Below, piece after piece: positions 26,226-35,443 of a stretch of 64,000 nt of DNA. Within the stretch, counting starts at the first letter, position 1, and every line of letters begins with the position of its first letter. The DNA lies in contig CAZFUY010000004.1 in NCBI GenBank assembly GCA_964522445.1, forward strand, positions 1 through 64,000, written 5' to 3'. Below the pieces are notes generated by a model. That model was not told the DNA's origin and did not search any database. It saw only the letters and a program-made list of their open reading frames with translations. This DNA comes from an uncultured Thiotrichaceae bacterium (GTDB lineage: Bacteria > Pseudomonadota > Gammaproteobacteria > SZUA-229). The translations under genes and the position numbers were made by a program.

Positions 26226-26690
26226 TCAGGGATGTTGTACAATCATGCCTTCAATTTTTTCTTCATTCAGCATCCTGCTTTTTAATTTCTTCAAACGACT
26301 GCGATCCAGTTCTGGGCCAATGCGAACACGATAGGTTTTTTTATCTGACGACCTCAATACATCCACATAAGCAGGATGACCTTTGGCTCTTAATTTATCT
26401 CGCAACACGTCAGCATTGGCTTTATCTTTAAAACTACCAACCTGCAAAGCCCAGGCATTTATGGATGACTGTTTTCGAGTATTCTTTTTGCTCTGCTGAC
26501 TTGAGGGTAAAGCTTTTTGATTATTCATAAGCTCAGTCATCGGTGTAAACACAGGCTTATCTGGAATATCAATATATTGGGGATAACGTGATCTATGCCC
26601 CGCACCATCCAGCCATTCTGGCACTAGAATAACCAGCAGTGCAGCTAGAATAGCCGCGCCTAACAAACGTTGTTTTAATGCTCTATCCAA
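26226..26690 (-). CDS. dedD: SPOR-domain cell-division protein (DedD-like)
   Basis: ORF 26226..26750. Likely start is TTG 26690 (MDRALKQRLLGAAILAALLVILVPEWLDG), overlapping the folC stop. C-terminal SPOR domain (WALQVGSFKDKANADVLRDKLRAKGHPAYV). Confidence 0.75.
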   Translation of the reverse strand: MDRALKQRLLGAAILAALLVILVPEWLDGAGHRSRYPQYIDIPDKPVFTPMTELMNNQKALPSSQQSKKNTRKQSSINAWALQVGSFKDKANADVLRDKLRAKGHPAYVDVLRSSDKKTYRVRIGPELDRSRLKKLKSRMLNEEKIEGMIVQHP

Positions 26691-27966
26691 TGTTTGATCC
26701 GTTAAAAAACATACTCGCCTGAGCAACTGTATAAAAAGACCCAAAGACAATGAGACGGTCTTTTTCGCTCATCTTTTGCTGCGCATCTTTACAGGCACTG
26801 ACAACATCTTTGTGGCTGTTAAGTTTAGCACCTGCACGATGTTCATTCACAACTTTTGCCATTAAATCTGCCTCAAGACCTCTGCCCACATCCAGCCCCG
26901 CAGTAAACCACTCATCAATCTGAGTAGACAATATATTTACCACTTCATCTACAGCCTTATCTGCCAACATAGCAATAAGCGCACAGGTTTTACCTTCGAC
27001 AGGATCATTTGATAGCAGTTCAGCCAGTGCTTTAGCCGCCTGTGCATTATGGGCAACATCAACAATAATCTGGGGGGACTGTTGTATGCACTGATAACGC
27101 CCCTGCAATTTAACCTGCTGCAACCCCTGATGAATGTATTTTTCATCAATCTCTATTAAATGATCTAACTGCTGTAAGGCTATAATTGCAGCAGCCGCAT
27201 TCTGTAATTGATAAGCGCCTTTTAATGCCGGAACAGGTAGATCGGTATAACGTATTGACGGGGCCATTATTTGCCAGCAATTCTGACCGACTCCCTGATA
27301 TAAATAATCTTTACCTGCCACTAATAATTGCGTATTTTTTTCACTGGCAACATTAGAAATAGATTGTGGCATTTTCAGGCTACCGTATACCGCCGGTTTA
27401 TCAGCACGAAAAATACCCGCCTTTTCAACGGCAATGCTTTCAATATCATCACCTAACCAGTCGGTATGATCAATATCGATTGAAGTTATAATAGCAACAT
27501 CTGCATCAATAACATTAACCGCATCCAGTCGCCCACCCAACCCCACTTCTAAAATAACAATATCCAGTTTAGCCTGTGCAAAAGCAACCAGTGCAGCCAA
27601 AGTGCCAAACTCAAAATAAGTTAATGGGATATCAGCTCGTGCCTGATCAATAATTTCAAAGGCATGGCATAAAGTTATATCATCAATATTATTACCATTG
27701 ATACGAATGCGTTCGTTATAAGAAAATAAATGAGGTGATGTATAACAACCAACAGAATAATTTTCAGCTTTTAAAATAGACTCTAAAAAAGCCACGGTTG
27801 ATCCTTTACCATTAGTTCCTGCAACGGTAATAACAGGACAAATAAACTGTGAAGATAATTCTAGTTTTTTAAGAACCTGCTGAACTCGATCAAGACCTAA
27901 GTCTATTTCTTTAGGGTTCAGGCTTTCCTGCCAGGTGAGCCATTGTTGGAGATTATTAAAACGCAT
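26683..27966 (-). CDS. folC: Bifunctional folylpolyglutamate synthase / dihydrofolate synthase
   Basis: 427 aa with P-loop GTNGKGS. Mur-ligase-like sequence in a conserved accD-folC-dedD context. Confidence 0.9.
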   Translation of the reverse strand: MRFNNLQQWLTWQESLNPKEIDLGLDRVQQVLKKLELSSQFICPVITVAGTNGKGSTVAFLESILKAENYSVGCYTSPHLFSYNERIRINGNNIDDITLCHAFEIIDQARADIPLTYFEFGTLAALVAFAQAKLDIVILEVGLGGRLDAVNVIDADVAIITSIDIDHTDWLGDDIESIAVEKAGIFRADKPAVYGSLKMPQSISNVASEKNTQLLVAGKDYLYQGVGQNCWQIMAPSIRYTDLPVPALKGAYQLQNAAAAIIALQQLDHLIEIDEKYIHQGLQQVKLQGRYQCIQQSPQIIVDVAHNAQAAKALAELLSNDPVEGKTCALIAMLADKAVDEVVNILSTQIDEWFTAGLDVGRGLEADLMAKVVNEHRAGAKLNSHKDVVSACKDAQQKMSEKDRLIVFGSFYTVAQASMFFNGSNIG

Positions 27967-28018
27967 TTTTTATTTGCCACAAAGATGCAGAAAAAACATA
28001 TCTATTATTTTTTAGGAA

Positions 28019-28144
28019 TAAGTAGCTATTCAGGTTGCCCCTGCATGGTTTCAGAGCAAGGCAAAAAATGTGAGTTTACACATGTAAATGATCATTTTTT
28101 AACGCAGCTATGAAGCCATGCAGGGGTGAGCTGAATAGTTACTA
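28019..28144. repeat. About 126-bp long hairpin element overlapping the accD stop codon
   Basis: Left arm taagtagctattcaggttgcccctgcatggtttcagagc. Right arm gctatgaagccatgcaggggtgagctgaatagttacta. Central palindrome tttacacatgtaaa. The 20-mer ggggtgagctgaatagttac recurs at 55220-55239. Confidence 0.8.
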
Positions 28145-29005
28145 AGCAGCAGGTTTATTCTGCATCATGCTTAAAATACTGGCAATACGATCACGCATAT
28201 CGCGACGATCTACAATCATATCAATCGCACCGTGTTCTAATAAAAACTCACTGCGCTGAAAACCTTCAGGTAATGTTTCACGTACGGTTTGTTCAATAAC
28301 ACGAGGGCCTGCAAAACCAATTAATGCTTTAGGTTCACCAATATTAATATCACCCAGCATCGCCAGACTTGCAGATACACCACCCATGGTTGGGTCAGTC
28401 ATTACGGAAATAAAGGGGATTCCACGTTTAGACATCTGTTGTAATACGGCACTGGTTTTTGCCATTTGCATTAATGAGAACAGGGATTCCTGCATACGTG
28501 CGCCACCTGATGCTGAAAAACACACCAGTGGAATATTATGTTCAAGCGCAACATTTGCAGCCCGCACAAATTTTTCACCAACAACAGACCCCATTGAACC
28601 ACCCATAAATTTAAACTCAAAAGCAACGGCAACCAGAGGCACAGATTTAACCTGCCCTTTCATAACAATTAGCACATCTTTTTCATCCGTGTTTTTCTGT
28701 GCCTGAACAATGCGGTCTTTATATTTTTTAGTGTCTTTAAATTTGAGCATATCAATCGGCTCAAGATTTGCTGCTATTTCTTCTCCTGATGATTCATCCA
28801 GAAATATGTCTAATCGTCTACGTGCGCCTATGCGCATGTGATGATTGCATTTAGGACAAACATCAAGACTGCGTTCCAGCTCAGCACGATAAAGCACTGC
28901 ACTACATGAGTTACATTTGGTCCATAAACCTTCTGGAACAGAACCTTTTTTATCATTGCCTTCAGTGCGAATGCGCGAGGGCATTAATTTTTCAAACCAG
29001 TTCAT
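28142..29005 (-). CDS. accD: Acetyl-CoA carboxylase carboxyltransferase beta subunit
   Basis: ORF 28142..29038, start moved to ATG 29005 ([12 protein letters not shown]). Zn-finger CNSC...CPKC and a carboxyltransferase domain. Confidence 0.9.
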   Translation of the reverse strand: MNWFEKLMPSRIRTEGNDKKGSVPEGLWTKCNSCSAVLYRAELERSLDVCPKCNHHMRIGARRRLDIFLDESSGEEIAANLEPIDMLKFKDTKKYKDRIVQAQKNTDEKDVLIVMKGQVKSVPLVAVAFEFKFMGGSMGSVVGEKFVRAANVALEHNIPLVCFSASGGARMQESLFSLMQMAKTSAVLQQMSKRGIPFISVMTDPTMGGVSASLAMLGDINIGEPKALIGFAGPRVIEQTVRETLPEGFQRSEFLLEHGAIDMIVDRRDMRDRIASILSMMQNKPAA

Positions 29006-29026
29006 AAGACTTACCTTAGTATTCAC

Positions 29027-29099
29027 GCGAAGACGCAAGGTCGCGAAGTTAATACAAAGCTATTTTATTTTAAAAAACTTTGCGCCTTAGCGTCTTTGC
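29027..29099. repeat. Octamer-unit palindromic element (CGCGAAGA/CGCAAGGT units)
   Basis: Left arm gcgaagacgcaaggtcgcgaagtt. Right arm aactttgcgccttagcgtctttgc (20/24 complementary). AT-rich 26-nt spacer. It lies between the trpA stop and the accD start. Confidence 0.8.
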
Positions 29100-29130
29100 A
29101 TCAAAGCTTTTATCTAATTTTAATCCGAGT

Positions 29131-29937
29131 TTATACTTTATCCATTGCTTCACGCATGGAGGCAATCAAACTACAAACACTTTCACTAATCTTTTTCGGG
29201 TCCTGTGCATTTTCTGCAACCCGTTTAACAATAGCGCTACCCACAACAACGCCATCTGATACCTGTGATACTTTTGCTGCTGTTTCTGCATTGCTAATAC
29301 CGAAACCAACGCAGACTGAAATATCCGTATGACCGCGAATCTGATTTACTTTTTCTACCACACTATCTACATCTAAATTAGCAGCACCAGTAACACCTTT
29401 TAATGAAACATAATAAACAAAGCCACTGCCCTGTTTACATATTAATTCCATACGCTCATCTGTACTGGTTGGTGCCAGTAAAAATATGGGGTCTATACCT
29501 TTAGCTTTTAAAGCCACATTTAAATCCTGACCTTCTTCTGGCGGCAAATCAACCAGAATAGTGCCATCAACACCGGCTGTTGCTGCCGCATCTGCAAAGT
29601 TTTCATAACCCATAACTTCAACAGGATTAAGATAGCCCATTAAAACAACGGGCGTGTCATTATCCTGCTGGCGAAATTCTTTTACCATGCCAAGCACATC
29701 CGTCAAACTCACATTATGTACCAATGCGCGTTCACATGCCGCCTGTATAACTGGGCCTTCTGCCATGGGATCAGAAAAGGGCACACCCAGTTCTAAAATA
29801 TTTGCACCGGCTTTTACCATGTCATGCATAAGATTGACAGTAACTGAGGGCTGTGGATCACCTGCTGTAATAAAAGGAATCAGCGCCTTGCGTTGATTAT
29901 TTTTAAGCTCTGAAAATGTTTTTTCTATTCTACTCAC
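29131..29937 (-). CDS. trpA: Tryptophan synthase alpha chain
   Basis: 268 aa of typical TrpA sequence ([17 protein letters not shown]), overlapping the trpB stop by 4 nt. Confidence 0.95.
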   Translation of the reverse strand: MSRIEKTFSELKNNQRKALIPFITAGDPQPSVTVNLMHDMVKAGANILELGVPFSDPMAEGPVIQAACERALVHNVSLTDVLGMVKEFRQQDNDTPVVLMGYLNPVEVMGYENFADAAATAGVDGTILVDLPPEEGQDLNVALKAKGIDPIFLLAPTSTDERMELICKQGSGFVYYVSLKGVTGAANLDVDSVVEKVNQIRGHTDISVCVGFGISNAETAAKVSQVSDGVVVGSAIVKRVAENAQDPKKISESVCSLIASMREAMDKV

Positions 29938-31166
29938 AGGCTTATTCCTTCAATATCAGCAATGGTATTTATATCTTTATCACCACGACCCGATAAATTA
30001 ATAATAATAATTTTATCCTTATCCATGGTTTTTGCCAGCTTAGCGCCGTAGGCCAGTGCATGACTGGATTCAAGGGCAGGAATAATACCTTCAGTGAGAG
30101 TCAGTTCATGAAATGCCGCCAGTGCTTCTTTATCTGTTATGGCAACATAATTTGCGCGGCCACAATCTTTTAACCAGGCGTGCTCAGGGCCTACACCCGG
30201 ATAATCAAGACCGGCTGAAATTGAATGAGTTTCAATAATCTGGCCATTTTTATCTTCCATTAAATAGGTGCGATTACCGTGTAATACGCCCGGCTCACCC
30301 GCACATAAAGGTGCTGCATGGCGACCTGAATCCACACCATCACCACCCCCTTCAACACCATACATTTCAACATTTTCATCACCCAGAAAAGGATGGAACA
30401 GACCGATAGCATTAGAGCCACCACCCACACAGGCAACCAGAGCATCAGGTAAACGCCCCGCCTGCTGCTGAATTTGGCGACGCGCTTCACGACCAATAAT
30501 GGTCTGGAAGTCACGCACCATTGCGGGATAAGGATGAGGCCCTGCAACAGTACCAATAATATAAAAGGTGCTGTCAATATTAGTTACCCAATCGCGCATA
30601 GCTTCATTCAATGCATCTTTCAGGGTTTTGGAGCCGGATGTCACAGGCACAACTTTAGCACCCAGTAATTTCATGCGATACACATTGGGAGCCTGACGTT
30701 TAACATCTTCTTCACCCATATAAACAATACATTCCATGCCAAAACGAGCAGCAACAGTTGCAGAAGCAACACCATGTTGACCCGCACCTGTTTCAGCAAT
30801 AATACGTTTTTTGCCCATGTATTTGGCCAATAAACCCTGACCTATGGTGTTATTAATTTTATGTGCGCCAGTGTGATTTAAGTCTTCACGCTTAAGATAA
30901 ATCTGCGCACCACCTAATTCATTTGACCATCGTTCAGCATGATAGAGCGGACTGGGACGACCCACATAATCAGCAAGATCCTTATCAAACTGAGCCTGAA
31001 AATCCGGGTCGGTTTTAACCTTTTCATAGGCCTGACGTAATTCTTCAATCGGCTCCATCAAGGTTTCGGCAACAAACTTGCCTCCATAAATACCGAAATG
31101 CCCACGATCATCGGGCATGGCATAATAATCTTTACATTCGGTCTTACTCATTCCGATTTTACTCAT
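29934..31166 (-). CDS. trpB: Tryptophan synthase beta chain
   Basis: 410 aa with the PLP-lysine motif [11 protein letters not shown] and GGGSNAIG. Confidence 0.95.
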   Translation of the reverse strand: MSKIGMSKTECKDYYAMPDDRGHFGIYGGKFVAETLMEPIEELRQAYEKVKTDPDFQAQFDKDLADYVGRPSPLYHAERWSNELGGAQIYLKREDLNHTGAHKINNTIGQGLLAKYMGKKRIIAETGAGQHGVASATVAARFGMECIVYMGEEDVKRQAPNVYRMKLLGAKVVPVTSGSKTLKDALNEAMRDWVTNIDSTFYIIGTVAGPHPYPAMVRDFQTIIGREARRQIQQQAGRLPDALVACVGGGSNAIGLFHPFLGDENVEMYGVEGGGDGVDSGRHAAPLCAGEPGVLHGNRTYLMEDKNGQIIETHSISAGLDYPGVGPEHAWLKDCGRANYVAITDKEALAAFHELTLTEGIIPALESSHALAYGAKLAKTMDKDKIIIINLSGRGDKDINTIADIEGISL

Positions 31167-31802
31167 TTATTGCTCACAATCGATTTTTCTAACTTCATTC
31201 ATTAACTGCGCCATTAGCGCCGCATCTTTAATGCCCGGCTCTGACTCGACACCGGAGCTTAAATCAACCGCATAAGGGCGAACACTTCGTATCGCATCAG
31301 CGACATTATCTGGTTTTAAACCACCGGCAAGAATAATGGACTGACGATACTCATGAGGAATTAAATCCCAGTTAAAAGTCTCACCCGTGCCACCTGCCGC
31401 ACCTGTTTCATGACTATCCAGTAATATCCCTTTAGCATCATGATAGTTATTCACCTGAGCAAGTAGTTCATTTTTATCAGCCATTCCCAGAGCCTTTATA
31501 TATGGCCTTGAAAAGGAACGACAAAAATCAGCTGATTCTTTGCCATGAAACTGAATAAGGTCAATGGGACATTCCGCCAGAACAGACTCAACCAGCTCCG
31601 CTTCTGGGTTTAAAAACAATGACACCACTGTAACGAATCCTGGCAGAGATTCACAAACAGATTGTGCCTGTTGCACAGTGACATTACGTGGACTCTTTTC
31701 ATAAAAAACCAGACCAATCGCATCCACACTCAGGCGAGCAGCCTCAATACCATCTTCAGGCCGGGTAATACCACAGATTTTAACACGGGTGCGTGGATTC
31801 AA
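31167..31802 (-). CDS. trpF: Phosphoribosylanthranilate isomerase
   Basis: 211 aa of monofunctional TrpF sequence (VKICGITRPEDG), directly abutting the trpB start. Confidence 0.9.
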   Translation of the reverse strand: MNPRTRVKICGITRPEDGIEAARLSVDAIGLVFYEKSPRNVTVQQAQSVCESLPGFVTVVSLFLNPEAELVESVLAECPIDLIQFHGKESADFCRSFSRPYIKALGMADKNELLAQVNNYHDAKGILLDSHETGAAGGTGETFNWDLIPHEYRQSIILAGGLKPDNVADAIRSVRPYAVDLSSGVESEPGIKDAALMAQLMNEVRKIDCEQ

Positions 31803-31955
31803 TGAAAATATCCAGTTAGCATAATTCGGGGATTTTAACAGAAATAAGCGCAGGATTAACTGTTTTTAATTTTAGATTATCGATATCAGTGAGCAACTTC
31901 AAATCTTGTTGCTTAACTGTTAATTCAAATTAGATGTGATTTTCTGATATACAGA

Positions 31956-31990
31956 AAAACCCACGTTATAACGATTACAACGTGGGTTTT
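31956..31990 (-). terminator. Rho-independent terminator after the dihaem cytochrome c gene
   Basis: aaaacccacgtt-ataacgattac-aacgtgggtttt: a 12-bp stem followed by a T-run on the minus strand (gtttttctg). Confidence 0.8.
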
Positions 31991-32035
31991 ATACTTGCTA
32001 AATATCTGATCAGGTAATTTTATTGACCGATAAAT

Positions 32036-32626
32036 TTAAAATGTTTTTCTTAAATAGTTCAAAACATTTTTTAGATCCCCCTGAGTTAGAGCACTATTAC
32101 CACCTTTTGCTGGCATAGCCATAGGTGAACCCGGACTCTGAAAACCATTCACCAGACTATTCATTAACTCATCATCAGACTTGCTCAGACGGCCATTTTT
32201 ATCTGTAAAATCAGGGGTGCCAGGAACAATACCTCTGCCATCACTTCCATGACAGGCTATACAGGTTTGGCTATAGATTCCCTGCCCCGTTAATCCCACA
32301 GTTGCAGCATTGTTAGTTGAAATGCTGCGCTTACTTGTTTTTCTGGCCGCATTATTTGATGCCTGTAAAAAACTAAGGATGTCACGCGCGTCTTCACCTG
32401 TTAAACCCGCGCGTACACGCATATGAAATATGGTACTAATCCATTGATCGTCACGTAGTTCTTTTCCATCACGGATATTATGGCAGCGCCCACAATTGTC
32501 AGACCATACTTTAGCACCATTAGCAGCATTTCCTGTAGGAGGCCACTCTGCTGATTGAGCGGTAACATTTATCATTAAGCCTGTGGTTACCAGTAAGGCA
32601 TAAATACTTTTAGTTAATATTTTCAT
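32036..32626 (-). CDS. Periplasmic dihaem c-type cytochrome
   Basis: 196 aa with a signal peptide (..INVTAQSA). Two CxxCH sites (CGRCHN, CIACHG). AAGGAG RBS, 12 nt after the porin stop. Confidence 0.8.
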   Translation of the reverse strand: MKILTKSIYALLVTTGLMINVTAQSAEWPPTGNAANGAKVWSDNCGRCHNIRDGKELRDDQWISTIFHMRVRAGLTGEDARDILSFLQASNNAARKTSKRSISTNNAATVGLTGQGIYSQTCIACHGSDGRGIVPGTPDFTDKNGRLSKSDDELMNSLVNGFQSPGSPMAMPAKGGNSALTQGDLKNVLNYLRKTF

Positions 32627-32638
32627 GTGACTATCTCC

Positions 32639-33796
32639 TTAGAATCCGTAGGCCATTTGAACAAGTATTTTATCTTCTGCCGTGTTGGCATTATTGCTGT
32701 TACTTTCATAAGCAAGTTTTGCAATAACGCTACTGGTAAAAATATAATTAACACCTGTGGTTGAACGATCTAACGTATCTTCTGGGGTGTTATATGAGCT
32801 GGTACGCGCAACAACTTCCCATTTTGTAGATGGAAAACGGTAAGCAAGTTGAATATAGTAAGCATCAAATTTAGCACCGTCACTTGTACCATCAGCTCTG
32901 TCACCATAAGTTTGTTTTAAATATTCTCCACGTAAATCAAGACCACCTGAATGCCAGGTAAAGTCTGTGCCAATAAAATCCCAGTCACGCTTCACTGTAA
33001 AATCAGTGGCAGCAGCACCCGTAATTTCTGCTGCTTTACCCGTCGCCCATGACAGACCTAAATCCAGTTTGCTGGCAGGCAGATAAACACCAAAACGTCC
33101 ACCGTAGTTTTTAACACCATCTTTATCGGCATTAAATCCAGGTGAGTGCGCTTCTTCCAGTTCATCACCTGCGGTATTCATTTCTCCTGCAACACCATTG
33201 CCCACATAAGCGGCATAATTGGCATTAATAGATGAAGCCATTTTGATTTTAAAACCACCACGAACCTGTAAACCAACATCCGCAATAGGTGCAGCTCCAC
33301 CATGACCAAAGCCCATAGGTGCTGAAGGCAATTTATTAATCCACGATGGATGCATATTCTGGCGGAACTGGCCTAATGGACTTAAAAATCGCCCCATAAC
33401 TAATGTGGCATAATCATTAACAAAGTAATCGATAGTAAAATATTCCATTTCCACTTCTGTCTCACCCAGCTCATTGACAGTAAAAGCCAGTTCTGTGCCT
33501 AACATGACTCGATCCTGATACTGATAATGAAATATAGGAGCAAATGTTCCCGTAGAAAAACTTTTATTAGAGTCACTATTAACATAATTAACATCGGCAT
33601 AACCGGCCATATGAATTAAGGTATTAGGCGACTTCCATTCTTCAGCTTCAGCAACCTGTTGCTGCAATTGTTCTACTGTTTGCCACAACGCGCTGATTTC
33701 TTCATCAGCAGAAGCGGCTAATAATTGTGCGGGAAATGCAGCAGCAATCGCCAGAGACAATAACGTCTTTTTCAGCGCATATTTGGAAATACTCAT
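32639..33796 (-). CDS. Outer-membrane beta-barrel porin with N-terminal coiled coil (DcaP-like architecture)
   Basis: 385 aa with a signal peptide and a heptad segment EEISALWQTVEQLQQQVAEAEEW. Alternating beta-strand pattern, C-terminal ...QMAYGF. No cysteine. AAGGAG RBS. Confidence 0.65.
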   Translation of the reverse strand: MSISKYALKKTLLSLAIAAAFPAQLLAASADEEISALWQTVEQLQQQVAEAEEWKSPNTLIHMAGYADVNYVNSDSNKSFSTGTFAPIFHYQYQDRVMLGTELAFTVNELGETEVEMEYFTIDYFVNDYATLVMGRFLSPLGQFRQNMHPSWINKLPSAPMGFGHGGAAPIADVGLQVRGGFKIKMASSINANYAAYVGNGVAGEMNTAGDELEEAHSPGFNADKDGVKNYGGRFGVYLPASKLDLGLSWATGKAAEITGAAATDFTVKRDWDFIGTDFTWHSGGLDLRGEYLKQTYGDRADGTSDGAKFDAYYIQLAYRFPSTKWEVVARTSSYNTPEDTLDRSTTGVNYIFTSSVIAKLAYESNSNNANTAEDKILVQMAYGF

Positions 33797-33975
33797 GAGT
33801 ATTCTCCTTAAATTAGATAAATTTTTAAAATAGATAAAATGAATAAAAAAAACAGGCGGACAAAACTAATAATATTGGTCAAGGCATGCAGATCTATTGA
33901 TTACATGACTCAACAGAAACCACCATAAACGAGGTAGTTAAATAAAAAATAAGAAGTTTGATCCGCCAGTAAGAA

Positions 33976-34317
33976 TCAGGCGATAGGAGGTCGCAGCAAT
34001 GGATTATAGAAATGTTGAGAATATTGATGAGCCGCATCAACGGCTATATCAGATAGAAGCAGGTTATGCAGAAACACCTGTGAAGCAGAAGGAATATTGG
34101 CCTGTGCCGTAATATGCATATCACAGCCACAATTATCACACGAGCAAACCTGCTCTATTTTCTGGGGCTGGCAATGACTATTATTAGCCGCACCTTGCTC
34201 AGTCATTTTTTGCTGCTCGCAATTATGCAGAGACGAAGCATAAACTAGCTGCACTGACAGATTAACAACGGCCAATGTTAAAAGTAAACAAGCTAACTTT
34301 TTGAGTAAGATTTGCAT
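33976..34317 (-). CDS. Small secreted Cys/His-rich protein (paralogue of the czcI-like gene)
   Basis: 113 aa with signal peptide MQILLKKLACLLLTLAVVNLSVQLVYA. Core HNCEQQ..SHCQPQKIEQVCSCDNCGCDMH. The C-terminal QHFYNPLLRPPIA parallels HFHSLILAPPFQPPQA of 13959..14282. Confidence 0.55.
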   Translation of the reverse strand: MQILLKKLACLLLTLAVVNLSVQLVYASSLHNCEQQKMTEQGAANNSHCQPQKIEQVCSCDNCGCDMHITAQANIPSASQVFLHNLLLSDIAVDAAHQYSQHFYNPLLRPPIA

Positions 34318-34394
34318 AATGTCTCATTTGTTTAGTAGCTTATACACTTGTATTTAAGTCATTGCTAATGCTATTTTTAGTAAATATTGAGCCA

Positions 34395-34408
34395 TTGATA
34401 TAAATCAA
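34395..34408. promoter_or_regulatory. Perfect FNR/ANR-type box TTGAT-N4-ATCAA
   Basis: ttgat-ataa-atcaa, within the hairpin ccattgatataaatcaatgg. Its centre lies about 84 nt upstream of ATG 34317. It is the only such site I found in the intergenic regions of this window. Confidence 0.6.
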
Positions 34409-34441
34409 TGGGTATATTTTTAAAGAAATAACCTTTAATAA

Positions 34442-35224
34442 TCAAATAAAATCCGGCAAATAAAAATAATCTGGGAGATTATATTCATCGGGATATGTCA
34501 CCTTTACCATATACAGGCCATCGGCTGGCGCAGTAATACCGGCCTTTGTTCTGTCCTGCAAAACTAATAAATCAGCAATCCATTCTGGCGATTTTTCTCC
34601 CATACCCACTTCCAGCAATGAACCCACTATATTCCTGACCATGTGATGCAAAAAAGCATTGGCTTTAATATCAATATAAATAAAATCTCTGCTGCGATGC
34701 ACGTTTACATAATGTACATTGCGCCGCGCATGTTTTGCCTGACATGATGATGATCTAAACGATGAGAAGTCCTGTTCCCCAATTAATGCCTGTGCTGCCT
34801 TATGCATGGCATCTACATTAATTGAGTCATAACGCCAGGTTGCTTTTTTGCTTAATATCGCAGGACGAGCTCGACGATTAAAAATAATATAACGATACTG
34901 TCTTGCTGTTGCAGTAAAACGCGCACTAAAATCTTCATTCACTTCACATGACCAAAGTGAAGATACATCATCAGGCAAATGCGCATTCACACCCTGAACC
35001 CAGGCTTTTTCGGAACGAATAGACTGCGTTTCAAAATGGACGACCTGACCTGTAGCATGCACACCCGTATCAGTACGACCTGCGCATACGACCTGTATTT
35101 TTTCATTTGCAATAATTGATAATGCTTTTTCTAATTCACCCTGTACAGTACGAATACCATGGGGCTGCATTTGCCAGCCTGAAAAATGACTGCCATCATA
35201 TTCAATACCTAATGCAATTTTCAT
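34442..35224 (-). CDS. truA: tRNA pseudouridine(38-40) synthase
   Basis: 260 aa with the catalytic motif GRTDTGVHA. Confidence 0.95.
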   Translation of the reverse strand: MKIALGIEYDGSHFSGWQMQPHGIRTVQGELEKALSIIANEKIQVVCAGRTDTGVHATGQVVHFETQSIRSEKAWVQGVNAHLPDDVSSLWSCEVNEDFSARFTATARQYRYIIFNRRARPAILSKKATWRYDSINVDAMHKAAQALIGEQDFSSFRSSSCQAKHARRNVHYVNVHRSRDFIYIDIKANAFLHHMVRNIVGSLLEVGMGEKSPEWIADLLVLQDRTKAGITAPADGLYMVKVTYPDEYNLPDYFYLPDFI

Positions 35225-35250
35225 TTTTTAAAGCCTGCTTAAAAAGTCAA

Positions 35251-35285
35251 AAACTTTGACGCAAAGGCGCAAAGGCGCAAAGTTT
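35251..35285. repeat. Short palindrome containing three tandem CGCAAAG(G) octamers
   Basis: aaactttga-cgcaaagg-cgcaaagg-cgcaaag-ttt. The outer aaactttg/caaagttt segments are complementary. Confidence 0.75.
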
Positions 35286-35385
35286 ACTTGAATTACTACA
35301 TCTGAAGCGTAGCAACACATTAAAGATGCTTTTATTTTACACCTCTGCATCAATTATTTTTATTTTACACAATACTCTTGCACAT

Positions 35386-35422
35386 AAAAAAACGGCATCA
35401 GTTTTAATCTGATGCCGCTTTT
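35386..35422 (-). terminator. Rho-independent terminator after fimV
   Basis: cggcatcag-ttttaat-ctgatgccg, with a T7 run on the minus strand. Confidence 0.8.
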
Positions 35423-35443
35423 AAACCTGTTATAACAAAAAAA

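Noticed and set aside
34392-34411. Hairpin ccattgatataaatcaatgg read as a terminator for truA
   Set aside because: On the minus strand it is not followed by a T-run. Its core is a perfect TTGAT-N4-ATCAA, so I re-interpreted it as an FNR-type box for the downstream gene.
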